The notes under the pieces are model-generated. The model saw only the letters and a list, made by a program, of their open reading frames with translations, was not told the DNA's origin and ran no database searches. The position numbers and the translations under genes are program-made. Shown piece after piece: positions 61,315 to 64,000 of a DNA stretch of 64,000 bases. Positions within the stretch are counted from its first letter, which is position 1. Every line of letters starts with the position of its first letter. Source of the DNA: Ginglymostoma cirratum (Eukaryota); contig JAHRHZ010000018.1 in the NCBI GenBank assembly GCA_024137785.1, positions 49,640,565 through 49,704,564 of the forward strand, written 5' to 3'.

Positions 61315-61628
61315 GGGCGGCACGGTGGCTCAGTGGTTAGCATAGCGCCAGGGACCTGGGTTCGATTCCACCCTCGGGTGACTGTCTGTGGGGAGTTTAC
61401 ACATTCTCCCCGTGTCTGTGTGGGTTTCCTCCGGATGGTCTGGTTTCTTCCCACAGTCCAAAGACGTGCAGGCTAGGTGGATTGGCCATGCTAAATTGCC
61501 CATAGTGTTCAGGGATGTATAGATTTAGATAGATTATAGGTGGATGGTTCTGGGTGGGATGCTTTGAGGGTTGGTGTGGACTTGTTGGGCCGAAGAACTG
61601 TTTTCACACTGTAGGGATTCTATGATTC
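61315..61628 (+). mobile_element. HE1-type SINE (young)
   Basis: GGGCGGCACGGTGGCTCAGTGGTTAGC...GGTTCGATTCC...TGTAGGGATTCTATGATTC. Confidence 0.92.
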
Positions 61629-62373
61629 AAACAAATCAGCACTTTAGCCCATAATACCATAGAATATAGAGGTATATTAGCCTATGAGTCTGCCCTACCA
61701 TTCAATGAGATTATGGTTGATCTGATAAGCCTCAACTCCATTATCCAGCTGTAACCCTTGATTCCCTTACTGATTAGAAATATGTCTTTTTCAGCCTTGA
61801 ATATACTTAATAAGGCAAACTCAACAGCCCTCTCTGATAAAGAATTCCATATATTCACCAGCTTCTGAGAGGAAAAATATCCTCATGTCTATCTTAAATA
61901 AGTGACCCCTTATGCTGAGATTATGCCCTCTGGTCCTTAACTCTTCCAGAAGGGAGAACAACCTCTCCACATCTACCCTGTCAATCCCCCTAAGTACCAT
62001 ACATGTTTCAATAAGGTCTCCTGTCATTCTTCTAAGCTTTAATGAGTACAAGCCCAATGTATTCAACCTCTTCTCATAAGAAAAGCCTTTGATGCCTGGG
62101 ATTCATCTAGTGAACTTTTTCTGGACTAGCTTCATTGGCAGTATATCATTCCTTAAACAGAGGGATAAAGATTGTTCAAGTGTTCAAGGTGTCGTCTGAC
62201 TAGAGCCTTGTATGGTTTTAGCAAGACCACCCTATTTTTATACTCTATTCCCTTTGAAATAAAGGCCAACATTCCATTGGGTTCCCTCTTACCCCCTGAA
62301 CTAGTGTGCTTGCTTTAATGACTCATGGACGAGAACCCAAAATCCCTCAGTGCTGCAGCTTTCTGCAGTCGTT

Positions 62374-62482
62374 ACAAAAACAAAGTTACTGGAAAAGCTC
62401 AGCAGGTCTGGCAGCATCTGTGGAGGACAAAACAGAGTTAACGTTTGGGGTCCAGTGACCCTTCCTCAGACCCTTCCTTTTC
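62374..62482 (-). mobile_element. ~100-bp HHR mini-element with a 12-bp TSD
   Basis: TSD TCTGCAGTCGTT at 62362-62373 and 62483-62494. Minus strand CUGAGGA-AGGGUC-ACUG-GACCC-CAAAC-GUU (62439-62469; GAAA changed to CAAA). Confidence 0.88.
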
Positions 62483-63528
62483 TCTGCAGTCGTTGTCCAT
62501 TTAAATAATAGTCAGCTGTTCTTTTCTTCCTATCAAAGTGCATAACCTCATTCTTTCCCCATACGATATACTGTCTGCCCTGTTTATTTTGCCCACACAC
62601 TTAACCTGTTTATATCCATCTGAAGACTCTTTGTATCATCTTCACTGCCTGCATTCCCACCTGTTTCATGTCATCCATAAACTTGGTGATAGTACATTCA
62701 GTTCCCTCATCCAATCATTAATATATATTGCAATTAATTGTAGTCCCAGCACTGATTCTTGCGTCATTCCACTACTTGCAGGTTGCCCCCCTGAAAACAC
62801 AAACTTTATTTCAATTCTCTGTCTTCTATTAGTTAGCAGCCCTTTATTCATTCTAATATACTAGCCCTAACACCATGGGCTCTTATTGTATTAAGCAGCC
62901 TTACATGTGCTACCTTATCAAATGCTTTTTTGTGATCCAACAATATTACATCCACTGCTTCTCCTGCATCAATCCTATTTGTTACCTCCTCAAAGAATAC
63001 AAATACATTTGTCAGCTTTGATTTCCCTTTAATGAAGCCGTTGTGACTCTGCTTGACTAGATTTTCTATTTCTAAATGCTTTGATATTACATCCTTTATA
63101 TTAGACTATAACATTTTTCCAATGACAGATGTTAAGCTAACTTGCCAATAGTTACCTTATTTTGATCTCCCTCACTGAATAAGGGTGTTAAATTGGCAGT
63201 TTTCCAATCCTCTGGGACTTTTCCAGGATTTTGAAATTTTACTAGTAGTATATCCATAATCTCTGTAGCTATGTCCTTTAAAATCTAAGGATGCAACCTG
63301 CCAGGTTCAGGGTACTTATCGATCCCATTAGGTTCTCTTGTACTTTTTCTCTTGTGATAGATATTGTGCTTATTTTTCTCCCATCTCCCAATCACCCCTT
63401 GATCAATCAGAATTTTTGGAAGGCTATTAGCGTCCTTTACCATGAAGACTGATGCAAAATATTTGTTCAGCTCCCCCACAGTTTCCTGGTTCCCCATTGT
63501 CATTTCCCTAGCCTCATTCTCTAAGGAC

Positions 63529-63685
63529 AGAGAAACAGTTAACATTTTGAGTCTTCAGTACTGAAGGAGTCATTCTGGACTCACAACATTAACTTAGTTT
63601 CTCTCTTCATAGATGCTGACAAATCTGTTGAGTTTCTCTAACATTCTCTGTTTTTGTTTCAGATTTCCAGCATCAGCAGTATTTT
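63529..63685 (+). mobile_element. Older PLE terminal fragment with an inverted 5' piece and a decayed HHR
   Basis: Degenerate TSD GCCTCATTCTCTAAGGAC / GCCTTCATTCTCTGAGGGAC. The 5' piece AGAGAAACAGTTAACATTTTGAGTC is inverted relative to the downstream GACTCACAACATTAAC..TTTCTCT. Confidence 0.65.
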
Positions 63686-64000
63686 GCCTTCATTCTCTGA
63701 GGGACTTTGATTAATTTAGCCTCTCTCTTCCTCTTAATGGATTTAAAGAAGCTCTTTCTCTTGACTGTTTTTGGTCATCTTTTGTTGGCTTTTTAAACTT
63801 TTCCAATCTTCGATTTTGCCACTAAAACTTTCCATATTGTATGTTTTTTGTTCTTCTTTCTTTCAGTTTGATTTTGACCATGTGACTGGGGCTTTGGGCT
63901 GAGACACTCATAATGAGGAGGTTTTGACATTCCTTCATCAGAATCCATTCCACCTTTGTTGTGGATAACTATAAAGCATTTGCACCAACTGAAGCCATAT

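Larger units (their letters stand above)
61655..63960 (-). mobile_element. CR1/HER1-like LINE, ~2.3 kb degraded RT region plus tail, with two PLE mini-insertions
   Basis: LGLYSLKLRRMTGDLIE, SGMTQESVLGLQL, ELNKYFASVF, DKYPEPGRLHP. Confidence 0.88.

Overview
Eukaryotic, repeat-rich, apparently intergenic or intronic DNA from a cartilaginous fish (shark or ray), inferred from HE1-type SINEs, HER1/CR1 LINEs, a Deu-domain SINE relic and shark-type Penelope-like elements (PLEs). There are two 100-N scaffold gaps (11572-11671, 12801-12900). No intact host protein-coding gene is recognisable, and nearly all long ORFs are transposon relics. The most interesting signals are: (1) a series of short (100-180 bp) PLE-derived insertions carrying minimal hammerhead-ribozyme (HHR) motifs, most flanked by 10-14 bp target-site duplications (TSDs), three of them with near-identical ~100-nt boundaries; (2) inverted, locally templated DNA copies next to PLE insertions, including a 269-bp ~98%-identical foldback with its own 12-bp TSD; (3) an ancient LTR element with gag and protease relics but no visible RT or integrase; (4) a CR1-group LINE whose 5' end is the same tRNA-derived head found in a local SINE, so the SINE looks like LINE head plus LINE tail. 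Family names come from recalled consensus motifs, not from database searches. Repeat boundaries without TSDs are approximate.
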